Positions 19,486 to 29,963 of a stretch of DNA of 64,000 nucleotides are shown in pieces; position 1 is the first letter of the stretch, and each line of letters opens with the position of its first letter. The notes beneath the pieces are model-generated. The model made no database searches. It saw only the letters and a list, made by a program, of their open reading frames with translations, and was not told the DNA's origin. The stretch is from positions 12,688 to 76,687 of the forward strand of contig NZ_JACHID010000010.1 in NCBI RefSeq assembly GCF_014203025.1. Direction: 5' to 3'. Both the position numbers and the translations under genes were made by a program. Origin of the DNA: Desulfurispira natronophila (GTDB lineage Bacteria; Chrysiogenota; Chrysiogenetes; Chrysiogenales; Chrysiogenaceae).

Positions 19486-19950
19486 TTACTTGCTGGGGAG
19501 AGAGTTTACTTTGTTGCACTGGTGACATACCCCCTGAATCTCTACCTGGGTTTTCTCCACCGAACCCATGGTGTGAACCTCCGGTGGAATGGTTATCTGG
19601 TCGCACTCCACACTGTAAAAGTCCCGGGCTATACCGCAGCGTTTACAGATGAAGTGGTGATGGGGGCGGGTGTTGGCGTCAAAACGGGTGCGTTCTCGCG
19701 GAGATCCCAGGGTGGCAATCAGTCCCAGGTCCAGCAGCATCCACAAGGTGCGGTATACGGTATCCAAAGATACTGTGGGAATGCGTTGGCGCACGCCTTG
19801 GTGAATAGTTTCTACGTCGGGGTGCCCACTGTGGGTGACAATTTCGCGAAAGATTTCCAGGCGCTGGTGAGTAACTTTGACCCCAGCATCGCGGACTACG
19901 GTGGAAAAATACTCAACCTTTTGCTGCACTTCGTCTGTTGAATTCTGCAC
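19486..19950 (-). CDS. perR: Fur-family transcriptional regulator, likely peroxide-responsive repressor (PerR-like)
   Basis: Fur-family fold with HHHFICKRCG...CHQC metal site; directly upstream of and co-oriented with katG. Confidence 0.8.
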   Translation of the reverse strand: MQNSTDEVQQKVEYFSTVVRDAGVKVTHQRLEIFREIVTHSGHPDVETIHQGVRQRIPTVSLDTVYRTLWMLLDLGLIATLGSPRERTRFDANTRPHHHFICKRCGIARDFYSVECDQITIPPEVHTMGSVEKTQVEIQGVCHQCNKVNSLPSK

Positions 19951-20194
19951 AAAAAAGACCTCTTCTTATTTAAGAAAAAATCTTATCACGAGGAAATGGG
20001 AAACGCAACAGGGAATGGCTGCAAGGGAGCTTGAGGTTGTTTTCTGATAGTTCAGGGTGTGATAAGCTGCGGGAGTAAAGTGGTTCCGGGTACAATGACA
20101 GCCACTTGCTCTGGTCATTCAGGGTCTCCAGTCGGCGTAACGCTATGGCCAGCGCCAGTGAGTAATTGCATTGCCGTGATTTCAGGAGCTGACT

Positions 20195-20644
20195 ATGCGC
20201 ATTGGTTTGCCTTTGGTGCTTATAGTGTTAGCGATAACCCTGTTGGGAGGTTGCCGGCTGGAGGTGCAGGGCAGTAATTTCAGCCTGGTGATTACCCACT
20301 TTCATGTTTCGGGCGATCCTCATCACTCTTATGGACCTGGCAGCCATTTTTCCTTGGAGGCAGGTTATCATCTTGAGGGCAGCAGCAGTGGTACGGCGCA
20401 GGTAACTACGGTGTTAAAATCGTCTTCTGCTGTGAGCGCTTCAGGTGCTGGTGGGGAGTATGTTATCAGTGCCTATGAGTGTCATGGTATTTCGAATGGA
20501 AGCTCACTTGCGTGCTCCAGTGGTGCTGCGGTAGTCTGCAGCCTTGATCCAGCGACTGATTCGGACAGTCTGCTGGTCAGATGTAATGGGCCTGATTTTT
20601 CGACAACGCCTCGCCAGACGGTGGTCCCTTCTGTACGGAGATGA
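20195..20644 (+). CDS. hypothetical lipoprotein
   Basis: Signal peptide ending LLGGC (lipobox-like); 149 aa; Gly/Ser-rich. Confidence 0.5.
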   Translation: MRIGLPLVLIVLAITLLGGCRLEVQGSNFSLVITHFHVSGDPHHSYGPGSHFSLEAGYHLEGSSSGTAQVTTVLKSSSAVSASGAGGEYVISAYECHGISNGSSLACSSGAAVVCSLDPATDSDSLLVRCNGPDFSTTPRQTVVPSVRR

Positions 20645-20716
20645 CCCATGGAACCAAATGTGAATATAAGTCTGTTTCCTTGCAATTTGTTCGTTAAACT
20701 CTGGAGGCTGCCTGCC

Positions 20717-21598
20717 ATGCGTACTATGCTTTTTTTTATCGTTCTTTTCGGCATCGCCCTGGGAAATAGTTCACCGGCGTGGAGTGAAGCGCCAGGCAGT
20801 CAGCCCACTGCTCTTGACGTCATGGAGATGTTTATGGCCAATCAGGGGCAGCTGGACAGCGCTGATATCGATGCTTTGTTGGGAACGGCTATCAGCTCTA
20901 ATATGCGCATTCCGGCGGAGCACATTGGAGTTGCATTTTACGATACTCGCACCAACGAGCCCCTTGATCCGGCTAAAGTGCGGGAAGAGATGGGTCCGGT
21001 GCGTCAGGACGGGGCTTATCAGCTCTTGCAGATGGCATTGCAGCTTGGCGGCGGACGACTTCCCCTGAATGAGGCGCAGCTAGAGGCTCTGATGGATGCC
21101 GCTTTCATCAGCAGTATGCGCAATCCGCCGGAATATATCAGTATTGAGTTTTATGATCGTCGAACCGGGCCTTCTGGCCAGGGAGGTGGTGTTTCCGGTC
21201 GTGTGCCGGATAGTATACAGACAGAGCCGGAAGTGGGGCCTGAACCTTCTCGGGCAGGAGATGTCGATGTCCCGCCCCAGGCATTTTACGACGCTGGAGA
21301 GATAATGGATAAGGCTCTTGAGCTGGGGCTTGATACTACGGCCCGCAAGGGCAGTGTATTGGTGCCTGTGCTTTACTGGGGGCGTGAAGAAGATGAGCTC
21401 GCCCGGACATTTGCTGAGTATTACGATGAACTGCGATCCATTGGTTTGTACTTTTCCCGCGCAAACGATCCATTTTCCGATATGAGGCGGTTGTCCCGGG
21501 ATGATGATTTGCAAGTCTATTTCGGTCTGGCCTGGGTCAGTGGTGATGAAGCAGCCATGCAGAGATTGAGACGCGTGTTTGATGATATCAACCCCTGA
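20717..21598 (+). CDS. hypothetical secreted protein with internal tandem duplication
   Basis: Signal peptide MRTMLFFIVLFGIALG; two repeats of about 35 aa (...SSNMRIPAEHIGVAFYDTRTNEPLD / ...SSMRNPPEYISIEFYDRRTGPSGQ). Confidence 0.5.
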   Translation: MRTMLFFIVLFGIALGNSSPAWSEAPGSQPTALDVMEMFMANQGQLDSADIDALLGTAISSNMRIPAEHIGVAFYDTRTNEPLDPAKVREEMGPVRQDGAYQLLQMALQLGGGRLPLNEAQLEALMDAAFISSMRNPPEYISIEFYDRRTGPSGQGGGVSGRVPDSIQTEPEVGPEPSRAGDVDVPPQAFYDAGEIMDKALELGLDTTARKGSVLVPVLYWGREEDELARTFAEYYDELRSIGLYFSRANDPFSDMRRLSRDDDLQVYFGLAWVSGDEAAMQRLRRVFDDINP

Positions 21599-21868
21599 TT
21601 TTCACAGGTAGCAGGGGTGATTTTTACGGCGGTTTCTGCTAGCATTATTCGTTTGGCGCGCAACGCAAGCGTCTTTTGGTAAGTCACAATATTCGCGGTA
21701 GTTCTGGTGGGAGTGCGATTACTGGAAACACTTTGCAAGACGATTTTGTTTTGCAGATTTCTCTGCACTCTCAGTAGCCTGGGGGAGAGGAAATGGCCTT
21801 TTCTGGTTTTAGCTTCCCTGTGAAATCCTGAAAAATTTCCATGAAATAAAGAGCAAGGAGCCTGTCTC

Positions 21869-23365
21869 ATGACAGAACACGATTCCAACGAGCAGATAGA
21901 ACAGCGCAAGGCCAAGCTGGCCCAACTGGTGGAAATGGGAGAGCAGGTTTATAAGGGTAGCAGTCTGCGGGACACAGATATTGTGCAGATCCACAATGAT
22001 TACCAGGATACAGGACGACAAGAGCTTGAGGAGCAGAAGGATGACCTTCCTCGCTTTTGTGTGGCTGGCCGCATCATGGCACTGCGCAGTTTTGGAAAAG
22101 CAGCATTTATAAAGTTGCAGGATCGCACCGGTACGGTGCAGTGCTACGTGGCCCGGGACGATATCGGTACTGACTGCTACCAGAAGTTTAAAAAGTTTGA
22201 AGTGGGAGATCTGGTGGAACTTTCTGGTCACCCCTTTCGCACCAAAACCGACGAACTTTCCCTGTACGCATCTCGTTGTATCCTGCTGGCCAAGGCGACT
22301 CGCCCTCTGCCGGAAAAGTGGCACGGGCTGAAGGACCGGGAAACCTGCTATCGTCAGCGTTACGTGGACCTGATGGTCAATGCCGAGTCCCGTCAGCGTT
22401 TTCACATGCGCAGCCGCATTGTGCAGTATATCCGTGACTACTTTCTGCAGCGGGACTTTCTGGAAGTGGAGACGCCCATGATGCACCCCATTGTAGGAGG
22501 TGCTACGGCCAAACCTTTTATTACCCACCACAATACCCTGGACATGGATCTCTACCTGCGAATAGCGCCTGAGCTGTACCTCAAGCGCCTGGTGGTAGGG
22601 GGCTTTGAACGGGTATTTGAAATAAACCGTAATTTTCGCAATGAAGGTATTTCCCCCAAACACAATCCGGAATTTACCATGATCGAGTGGTACGAAGCCT
22701 ATGCCAATTACCAGGATCATATGGCGCTGACGGAAGACCTTCTGTGCGGCATGGTGGAAAAGTTGGTGGGGGGAGATACTCTGACCTATGGTGAACACGA
22801 AATATCCCTGCAGCGCCCCTTTCCGCGCCTGACTATTCGTCAGGCTTTGCAGCAGTATACCCATCTGGGTGCTTCTGAACTGGAAGATCCGGAAAGTCTG
22901 CGCCGCCTCCTCAAGGAGCTTGGCCATGATGGGGAGTACGGATCTCACGAGCGCTTGCTCTTTGCGGTTTTTGAGGAAATGGTGGAAAGCCAGTTGATAC
23001 AGCCAACGTTTATTATCGATTTCCCCAAGGAGATTAGTCCCCTGGCAAAGTCTCATGACGACAATCCGGACATCACGGAGCGCTTTGAGCTTTTTGTCGC
23101 GGGTTGGGAACTGGCCAATGGCTTTACCGAGTTAAACGATCCCGTAGATCAGTATGAGCGCTTTCTCAAGCAGGTTGAAGCCAAAAACGCCGGTGATGAG
23201 GAGGCTTCAGATATGGATCTGGACTATATTCGCGCCCTGGAGTATGGGCTGCCTCCCACGGCTGGAGAGGGAATGGGTATCGACCGGTTGGTGATGCTTC
23301 TGACCAATGCGCCTTCCATTCGCGATGTTATTCTTTTCCCTCATATGCGGCCTGAGCAGTTGTAG
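21869..23365 (+). CDS. lysS: Lysine--tRNA ligase (class II)
   Basis: 498 aa; class II aaRS motifs, anticodon-binding OB N-domain, ...[12 protein letters not shown]... Confidence 0.95.
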   Translation: MTEHDSNEQIEQRKAKLAQLVEMGEQVYKGSSLRDTDIVQIHNDYQDTGRQELEEQKDDLPRFCVAGRIMALRSFGKAAFIKLQDRTGTVQCYVARDDIGTDCYQKFKKFEVGDLVELSGHPFRTKTDELSLYASRCILLAKATRPLPEKWHGLKDRETCYRQRYVDLMVNAESRQRFHMRSRIVQYIRDYFLQRDFLEVETPMMHPIVGGATAKPFITHHNTLDMDLYLRIAPELYLKRLVVGGFERVFEINRNFRNEGISPKHNPEFTMIEWYEAYANYQDHMALTEDLLCGMVEKLVGGDTLTYGEHEISLQRPFPRLTIRQALQQYTHLGASELEDPESLRRLLKELGHDGEYGSHERLLFAVFEEMVESQLIQPTFIIDFPKEISPLAKSHDDNPDITERFELFVAGWELANGFTELNDPVDQYERFLKQVEAKNAGDEEASDMDLDYIRALEYGLPPTAGEGMGIDRLVMLLTNAPSIRDVILFPHMRPEQL

Positions 23366-23496
23366 CAAAGGCTTGGGTGTCAGGCATTTGAGTAGATTGA
23401 CGAGACAATACTCACTAATCAGGTAAGAGAAAAACCCTTGATTTTTCATCTGACAGCTTGATAATGGTAATCAAGTTTAAATTTGTGGAGGAACTT

Positions 23497-23871
23497 ATGC
23501 CAAATCGTTTTGATGTTTATAAGTGTGATGTATGTGGCAATATTACCCAGGTTTTCCATGCCTCCAACGGCCCCCTGGCTTGCTGTGGTCAGCCCATGAA
23601 GCATATGACGGAGAACACAGTGGATGCTGCCACGGAAAAACACGTTCCCGTAGTGGAAAAGGTGGATGGCGGCATCAAGGTTACCGTGGGTAGCGTGGAG
23701 CATCCTATGGAGGACAAGCACTATATTGAGTGGATTGAGGTTATTGCCGGAGACAAGTTCTACGTTCAGTTTCTTAATCCAGGCGAAAAGCCGGTGGCTA
23801 CATTCCCCGTTACTGACGATAATGTTGTCGTGCGGGAGTACTGTAATCTTCACGGCCTGTGGAAAGCCTGA
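23497..23871 (+). CDS. dfx: Desulfoferrodoxin (superoxide reductase, 2Fe-SOR)
   Basis: N-terminal desulforedoxin-like CDVCGN...ACCG centre plus neelaredoxin domain ([11 protein letters not shown]..., [14 protein letters not shown]); RBS gtggagga. Confidence 0.9.
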   Translation: MPNRFDVYKCDVCGNITQVFHASNGPLACCGQPMKHMTENTVDAATEKHVPVVEKVDGGIKVTVGSVEHPMEDKHYIEWIEVIAGDKFYVQFLNPGEKPVATFPVTDDNVVVREYCNLHGLWKA

Positions 23872-23903
23872 TCCACTCAAGCACCAACAAGAAATTTCAG
23901 CGG

Positions 23904-23934
23904 CAGACCCCTTGATGTTACGTCAAGGGGTCTG
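23904..23934 (+). terminator. Stem-loop downstream of dfx (possible terminator; weak U-tract)
   Basis: cagaccccttga / tcaaggggtctg, 12-bp stem with 7-nt loop. Confidence 0.4.
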
Positions 23935-23952
23935 TGCGTACTGCGGCAGGAG

Positions 23953-24483
23953 TTGAACATGCTTTTTCAAAAGGGATATATGCAAATCTATACCGGCAAT
24001 GGCAAGGGCAAGACTACCGCTTCCCTGGGGCTGGCGCTTCGGTGCGTTGGGGCAGGTGGCCGGGTTTTTATCAGCCAGTTTCTCAAGGACGGAGACTATT
24101 CGGAGAGCGCAGGACTAGGCTACTTTGGTGACTGTGTCACCCATGAAACATCAGGCTGCGGTCACTTTGTGCGGGGAAAACCTTCAGAAGAAGACAAGGC
24201 CAAGGCTGTTGAGGGGCTGGAACGAGCCCGCCTGGCCATGCTCAGCGGTGAGTACAACATGGTTATTTTAGATGAAGCCAATGTGGCGGCTGCCATCGGT
24301 TTGATTCCTCTGGAGTCCTTACAGCAGTTGGTTGCCCAGCGACCGGAATCGGTGGAGTTGGTTCTTACAGGCCGGGATGCACATCCGGAGCTGATGGATA
24401 TGGCGGATCTGGTTACCCGTATGGAAGAGGTGAAGCACTACTACCGTGCTGGTGTGGCAGCGCGAGTGGGAATAGAGAAGTAG
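23953..24483 (+). CDS. cobO: Cob(I)yrinic acid a,c-diamide adenosyltransferase (CobO/BtuR family)
   Basis: IYTGNGKGKTTASLGLALR P-loop typical of CobA/CobO; 176 aa. Confidence 0.85.
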   Translation: MNMLFQKGYMQIYTGNGKGKTTASLGLALRCVGAGGRVFISQFLKDGDYSESAGLGYFGDCVTHETSGCGHFVRGKPSEEDKAKAVEGLERARLAMLSGEYNMVILDEANVAAAIGLIPLESLQQLVAQRPESVELVLTGRDAHPELMDMADLVTRMEEVKHYYRAGVAARVGIEK

Positions 24484-24536
24484 CAACAGGCAGCTGAGAC
24501 ACTCGTTATCGACAGATACATTGCGCTCGCAAAGTC

Positions 24537-25526
24537 CTATCCCTCCGGGATAAACCCGCGGGGGTGGCGATAGATTTCGTCGGGAGGAAACTGACAGAAG
24601 TTTGCTTCTCCCTGCAATATCTGGGCGTGCACCAGCAGGGCCGGGTGATCCTGAACCTGGCCCCGCGCATGGGGAGGGCGCACAGCCACTTCCAGTTCAA
24701 AGGCAGTGCGAAAGTACTCCTTGATCTGTTGCCGGGAGGTGACCCCAACCGCCAGTACAAAAGGGGCAAAGCTGTCACTGTATGCAGAGTAGTAACAGCG
24801 GTGGCGCTGATGGAGCCACAGGTAGACCCGGGCGCGACGATAGTCAAAGGCTGTTCTTGGCAGGCGGGTGACTGCCGCAGGCTCAGTGGTGCCGCTATGC
24901 CGGGCGTAGCAGCAGTGGGTCTTGACTGGACAGATGTGGCAATGGGGTGTGCGCTGACACAGAGTGGCAGCAAAATCCATGACTGCTCCGTTAAAGCGTG
25001 CCATGTCGACCTCTTCTCTGCTGATAATGTTTTCCACGGAAACCTTGTCGACCTTGGCCTTGCGGTTTCCATGAAGATAACGGCCAAAAACCTTTTGCAT
25101 ATTGGTGTCAAAGGCGAGATGAGGCAGGCCGTAGCCAAAGCTGAGAATGGCGCTGGCAGTATACTCACCTATTCCTGGCAGAGCCATGAGTGCTTTTTTC
25201 TCCCGTGGGAATTCTCCCTCGTAAAACTTCACCACTTGAGAGGCACAAGCGAGCATATTTTCACCGCGGCGGTAGTAGCCCAGCCCCCGGTAGAGGGGAA
25301 GAAACTCTTCCCAGCTGGCACAGGAGAGGCAGAAAATGTCGGGGAATCGCTCCATAAATGCCAGGTAATAGGGTATTACTCGCTGTACCTGGGTTTGCTG
25401 CAGCATGACTTCGCTGACCCAGACACCGTAGGGGGTGGTGTGGGTTTGTCGCCATGGCAGTTCGTGGCGACCCTGCTGGCGGGCGAAGGAGTCCATGGCC
25501 CGGATAAAGGGTGAAAGTTCGTGCAT
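24537..25526 (-). CDS. mutY: A/G-specific adenine DNA glycosylase
   Basis: HhH-GPD domain (LPGIGEYTASAILSFGYG), 4Fe-4S cluster loop CQRTPHCHICPVKTHC, WVSEVMLQQTQV. Confidence 0.85.
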   Translation of the reverse strand: MHELSPFIRAMDSFARQQGRHELPWRQTHTTPYGVWVSEVMLQQTQVQRVIPYYLAFMERFPDIFCLSCASWEEFLPLYRGLGYYRRGENMLACASQVVKFYEGEFPREKKALMALPGIGEYTASAILSFGYGLPHLAFDTNMQKVFGRYLHGNRKAKVDKVSVENIISREEVDMARFNGAVMDFAATLCQRTPHCHICPVKTHCCYARHSGTTEPAAVTRLPRTAFDYRRARVYLWLHQRHRCYYSAYSDSFAPFVLAVGVTSRQQIKEYFRTAFELEVAVRPPHARGQVQDHPALLVHAQILQGEANFCQFPPDEIYRHPRGFIPEG

Positions 25527-26170
25527 CAGGGAACCTGGATCGTGTGTTCCTCCGATGGCCCGGAGATGGTGTGGGCATCTATGCGCAGGAAAGCCTTGTA
25601 GCGATAGGTGCGGCCCGCTGTGAGGCGGGAGTCGGTGTATTCGTTCTGGTCAGTAATGGCCAGGGACTCAAAGGGGCGGTCCAGGCTTGAGCGCACAATT
25701 TCAAAGCGCCCTTCCTCTTCAGATTTCAGGGTTATCTGTACGGCTCCGGCCCGATACTTGACTTCCATTTGTGGCGGCTCCGGTAACGGGCGATAGTTTA
25801 CGGTAATAGTGGGGGAGGATGAATGTCGCCCATCCTGATTGCCGGCACAGGTGTAGCGGTAGTGGGTGGTTCCATAGTCAAGATCGCTGTCCATATGCAC
25901 AATATTGGGGCGATCGTGGCGCATGATCACCTGTGGGGGAGCGAAAGTACCGCTTTCCAGGTCCTTCTCGGCCCGCAGAATACCCGTCTCGCCCCGAAAA
26001 AAGGGAGGGAACTTGCAGGTAACAAGAATACCCCGCTCGCCACTGTTGACGGCCTCGATAAGGATGTCTTTGTCTTCTTCTTCCGCCAGTATAATGTCGG
26101 TCTTGACGCCACAGCTTGCCAGCAGTAATGGCATCGCCAGCAGGCACAGCAGCCACCAGTGATGGCCCAT
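25526..26170 (-). CDS. hypothetical lipoprotein
   Basis: Signal peptide with lipobox LLASCG; 214 aa; no recognisable catalytic motif. Confidence 0.5.
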   Translation of the reverse strand: MGHHWWLLCLLAMPLLLASCGVKTDIILAEEEDKDILIEAVNSGERGILVTCKFPPFFRGETGILRAEKDLESGTFAPPQVIMRHDRPNIVHMDSDLDYGTTHYRYTCAGNQDGRHSSSPTITVNYRPLPEPPQMEVKYRAGAVQITLKSEEEGRFEIVRSSLDRPFESLAITDQNEYTDSRLTAGRTYRYKAFLRIDAHTISGPSEEHTIQVP

Positions 26171-27594
26171 TAGTCGCTTCTTCCCGGGGTGAATTCAGGT
26201 CGCTGGCGAATGGCACTGAGCTGTTGCTCCACTTGCTGGTGGGAGGTACCTCCGTAGCTGTTGCGAGCGGCGACACTTTTTTCTACGGTGATGTAATCAA
26301 AAATATCCTCTTTTATGACGTCGCTGAATCGCTGCATTTGCTCCAGGGTCAAGTCCGGCAGGTCGGTCTTTTCCCGTTCACAGTGGGCGACCATTTTACC
26401 CACGACTTCATGGGCCTGACGGAAGGGAAGCCCGCCCCGTACCAGGTAGTCGGCCAGATCGGTGGCGGTGGAGAAGCCAGCTCCGGCTGCCTGTGCCATG
26501 CGCTGATGGTTGAAGGTGGCGGTGCGAATCATTTCGGCGTAGATGCGCAGGGAGCCGACGACGGTATCGATGGTATCGAAGAGCGGCTCCTTGTCCTCCT
26601 GCATGTCTTTGTTGTAGGCAAGAGGCAAGCCCTTCATGACGGTCAGCAGGGCCATGAGGTTGCCGTAGACGCGGCCGGTCTTGCCGCGAACCAGCTCGCT
26701 CATGTCTGGATTGCGTTTCTGAGGCATGATACTGGAGCCTGTACAGTAGCCGTCGCTAAGGTGCACAAACTGGAACTCAGAAGAGCTCCAGAGGATAAAC
26801 TCCTCCGAGAGCCGGGAGAGGTGCATCATAACAAGGGAGGCGGCGGAGCAGATTTCAATAAAGGCGTCGCGGTCACTTACCGTATCAAGACTGTTGCGGC
26901 TGACTCCGTCAAAACCCAACTCCTGGGCAACCCAGTGGCGATCAATGTTAAAGGTGGTTCCCGCCAGGGCACCAGCGCCCAGGGGGAGGATATTGACTCG
27001 TGAGAGAATTTCGTCAAAGCGCTGGGCGTCGCGGTCAAACATCTCGAAGTAGGCCAGCAGGTGGTGGGCCAGTAGTACGGGCTGGGCTGTTTGCAGGTGG
27101 GTGTAGCCGGGCATGACGGTTTCCCGATGCTCCTCTGCTTGCTCCAGCAGCGCTGTCTGTAGTTGTTGGAGGCGCTGTAATATCTCTTTTACCGCATCGC
27201 GCAGAAAGAGGCGGCTGTCCAGGGCCACCTGGTCGTTACGGCTGCGTCCGGTGTGCAGCTTTCCTCCTACTGGACCGATAAGGTCGATGAGACGTTTTTC
27301 AATGTTCATATGAACATCTTCCAGGCTGACCTGAAATTCAAATTCGCCGGAGTTGATTTCCAACATGATGTTCTCCAGGCCGGAGACAATCATGTCGCAC
27401 TCTACGTCATGGATAATGCCCTGGCGGGCCAGCATGCGGCAGTGGGCGATAGAGCCGATAATATCGTAGCGGTAGAGGCGCTGGTCATAGCCGACACTGG
27501 CGCCGAACTCTTCGGTAAACTGGGCCATAGGCTGGGAGAACCGACCGCCCCATAGCTTTTTTTCTGAAGATGGTTGCTGGTGATCGTGTTTCAC
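26170..27594 (-). CDS. argH: Argininosuccinate lyase
   Basis: WGGRFS..., fumarate-lyase signature [12 protein letters not shown]; 474 aa. Confidence 0.95.
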   Translation of the reverse strand: MKHDHQQPSSEKKLWGGRFSQPMAQFTEEFGASVGYDQRLYRYDIIGSIAHCRMLARQGIIHDVECDMIVSGLENIMLEINSGEFEFQVSLEDVHMNIEKRLIDLIGPVGGKLHTGRSRNDQVALDSRLFLRDAVKEILQRLQQLQTALLEQAEEHRETVMPGYTHLQTAQPVLLAHHLLAYFEMFDRDAQRFDEILSRVNILPLGAGALAGTTFNIDRHWVAQELGFDGVSRNSLDTVSDRDAFIEICSAASLVMMHLSRLSEEFILWSSSEFQFVHLSDGYCTGSSIMPQKRNPDMSELVRGKTGRVYGNLMALLTVMKGLPLAYNKDMQEDKEPLFDTIDTVVGSLRIYAEMIRTATFNHQRMAQAAGAGFSTATDLADYLVRGGLPFRQAHEVVGKMVAHCEREKTDLPDLTLEQMQRFSDVIKEDIFDYITVEKSVAARNSYGGTSHQQVEQQLSAIRQRPEFTPGRSD

Positions 27595-28011
27595 GTTGTG
27601 CTTCCTTGGTTGGGAGATTTATGATGCTAAATTTGTGTACCGTTTCACGGCAATGTAGTTGTTGATGTTTTTCAACATGAGTGCCAGATTTTGAGTGCAG
27701 TAACGCTGAAAACTATAGCATATTTCTGTCTTTCACCAAATACTACAATTTCCCTCATCGTGTGCGGGAAAATTGCCTTCTGCAGGTGTCCCGACGCCAA
27801 AAGAGAAATATTGTATCTGTGTGACCATCAAATCGCACTGTCTGTTACCTGTCGCTTGATTTTGCAAATGAAAACTGCTACAGAGGCTTGCGTTCAGGTT
27901 TTAATGACGAAAGCGCAGTTATCCTTGGATTTCGCAAGGCTACCCTCTGATGTCTTGCTTGGCAGGCCGCGAATGATTGCTGAAAACAATTGCCATTGAA
28001 AAGAGTGTTTT

Positions 28012-29559
28012 ATGCCACGAACATCTTCCTGCCCCATTCATAGTATCCGTCTGGTTGCCTCCTTGGTAGCTGCGGCGCTTCTTTGTCTGGTGATGGGGCT
28101 GGTGATTGCCGGCACTGCGGGCGCAAACATTGACAGTCTGTTGCAGCCATCGTTCTTTGCGGGAGCTTTGGCCGGGTTGGGGTTGTTTGGCGTTGCTGGT
28201 TATATCGTTGTGCATCGCCAGGTGCAGGTGCCTTTGGGTAAAATGTCCAGGGACTTTACTGAGGCGGAGGACCGGGAAGGCGCAGAGCGGGACTACTATC
28301 TCACGATTTTCAATAATTTTGTCACTATAGTGTGGCGTGCTGACTCCCGGGGCAATGTGGACTACCTCAATGCTCGCTGGGGCGAATTTACCGGTTGTCC
28401 GCTAGAGGATGATCTTGGTCAAGGCTGGTTTGCGCGACTCCACCCAGAGGATCGAGCTCACGTGGAGGAGCTGTTTGATCACCATATGCAATCTCGCACT
28501 TCTTATCGTTCCGAGTATCGTTTGCAACATCACAGTGGTGAGTATCGATGGGTCGTGGATATGGGTGTGCCCTTTTCGGAGCCAGATGGCAGCCATGGGG
28601 GGTTCATTGGCGCCTGTTTTGATATATCGGAGCACCGGGATATGGAAGAGCGCTTGCGGGAAATGAATCAGACCCTGGAGCGGCGGGTAGAGGAAGAGAC
28701 GGCGGCTCGCCTGGAGCAACAGCAGCTGCTGGTGCAGCAATCGCGGATTGCCGCTATGGGGGAGATGCTCAGTGCAATTGCCCATCAGTGGCGCCAACCC
28801 CTTAACATTCTGGCTCTCTATATTCAGGATATCTGCGAGACTTATGAAAGTGGTGAGCTGACCGATGAGTATTTGCAGCGTACCGCTCACAAGGCTATTG
28901 CCCAGATAGAGGGTATGTCCCGGCTCATAGACAGCTTGAGTAGTTACTTTGAACCACGACAGAAAACCGAGGTATTCTCGCTGCTGCAGGTTATTGGGCA
29001 GACCTATGCCATGATGGCGGCTGAGCTGCAGCATCACGGTATTGATGTTCTGTGTCGCTGCGGGCTTCATGACTCCCTGCACGCGGTGGAGAACTGCCAG
29101 AGCCGTGAACACTACTTGGAATTTCGTGTCAAAGGGTGTCGGGCTGACTTCCAGCAAGTAATTCTCAATATCCTCAGTAATGCTCGTGATGCTATTCTTG
29201 AGCGCAAAAATCGGGGGCGCAGTGCTGGGGAATTTGTTCCCAAGGGCAGCATTCTCATTGCTATAGAACGGCAGGATGCCTATACTGTTGTCACCATAGA
29301 GGATAATGGCAGCGGCATTGATGCTGAGGTGGCATCCCGTATTTTTGATCCGTACTTTACCACCAAAGAGACAGGTAGGGGATCAGGGGTTATTACGGGC
29401 TCCGGGCTGGGCCTCTACATGTGCAAAATGATTATGGAGGAGCGTATGGGAGGTTCCATCGAGGTTCGTCGTCAGTCAGACGGGACCGCCTTTACTCTGC
29501 AATTGCCTGATGTCCTGCATGCAGAAGGCATCAGTGATGTTAGCGAGGAGCTTATATGA
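28012..29559 (+). CDS. Sensor histidine kinase with 2 N-terminal TM helices and a PAS domain
   Basis: HisKA (AIAHQWRQPLNIL), HATPase_c (IEDNGSGID, GSGLGLYMCKMIMEE); PAS-like region. Confidence 0.85.
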   Translation: MPRTSSCPIHSIRLVASLVAAALLCLVMGLVIAGTAGANIDSLLQPSFFAGALAGLGLFGVAGYIVVHRQVQVPLGKMSRDFTEAEDREGAERDYYLTIFNNFVTIVWRADSRGNVDYLNARWGEFTGCPLEDDLGQGWFARLHPEDRAHVEELFDHHMQSRTSYRSEYRLQHHSGEYRWVVDMGVPFSEPDGSHGGFIGACFDISEHRDMEERLREMNQTLERRVEEETAARLEQQQLLVQQSRIAAMGEMLSAIAHQWRQPLNILALYIQDICETYESGELTDEYLQRTAHKAIAQIEGMSRLIDSLSSYFEPRQKTEVFSLLQVIGQTYAMMAAELQHHGIDVLCRCGLHDSLHAVENCQSREHYLEFRVKGCRADFQQVILNILSNARDAILERKNRGRSAGEFVPKGSILIAIERQDAYTVVTIEDNGSGIDAEVASRIFDPYFTTKETGRGSGVITGSGLGLYMCKMIMEERMGGSIEVRRQSDGTAFTLQLPDVLHAEGISDVSEELI

Positions 29560-29954
29560 CTGTCACTGTGTCAGCCAGTCAATCAAATCTGAAACAGGCC
29601 AGCATTTTGTATGTTGAGGATGACCCCGTTACGCTGAAAACGGTGGGGCGCATGATGAGTCGCCGGGCCAGGGAAGTCTATTTGGCAAGTAATGGGCATG
29701 AGGGATTGCAGCTGGTGCAGAGCGGTGAAGCGTTGCCGGACATAGTGGTTACCGATGTGGAAATGCCTGTTATGAATGGGTTGGAAATGGTGCGTCGCCT
29801 GCGGGAAGAATGCCGCTATACCAATCCCGTTATTATTCTTACTGCATATCGTGATGATGAGCACCGCAGCAGCCTGGCCAATACTCATCTGTACAAGCCC
29901 GTGAATGCTGCCAAGCTTTTTGCTGCCATGGAGGAGTTGTACCAGAAGGGCTGA
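29556..29954 (+). CDS. Response regulator (stand-alone receiver domain)
   Basis: ILYVEDDPVTLK..., receiver-domain Asp site (VVTDVEMP); start overlaps kinase stop. Confidence 0.85.
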   Translation: MTVTVSASQSNLKQASILYVEDDPVTLKTVGRMMSRRAREVYLASNGHEGLQLVQSGEALPDIVVTDVEMPVMNGLEMVRRLREECRYTNPVIILTAYRDDEHRSSLANTHLYKPVNAAKLFAAMEELYQKG

Positions 29955-29963
29955 GCCTGCCCC

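Noticed and set aside
23366-23496. Short inverted repeat cttgat...atcaag upstream of dfx as an operator
   Set aside because: Only 6-bp arms. Insufficient to call.
24564-27003. Antisense ORFs 24564-25514 plus and 26116-27003 plus, opposite mutY and argH
   Set aside because: Shadow ORFs opposite well-supported mutY and argH.
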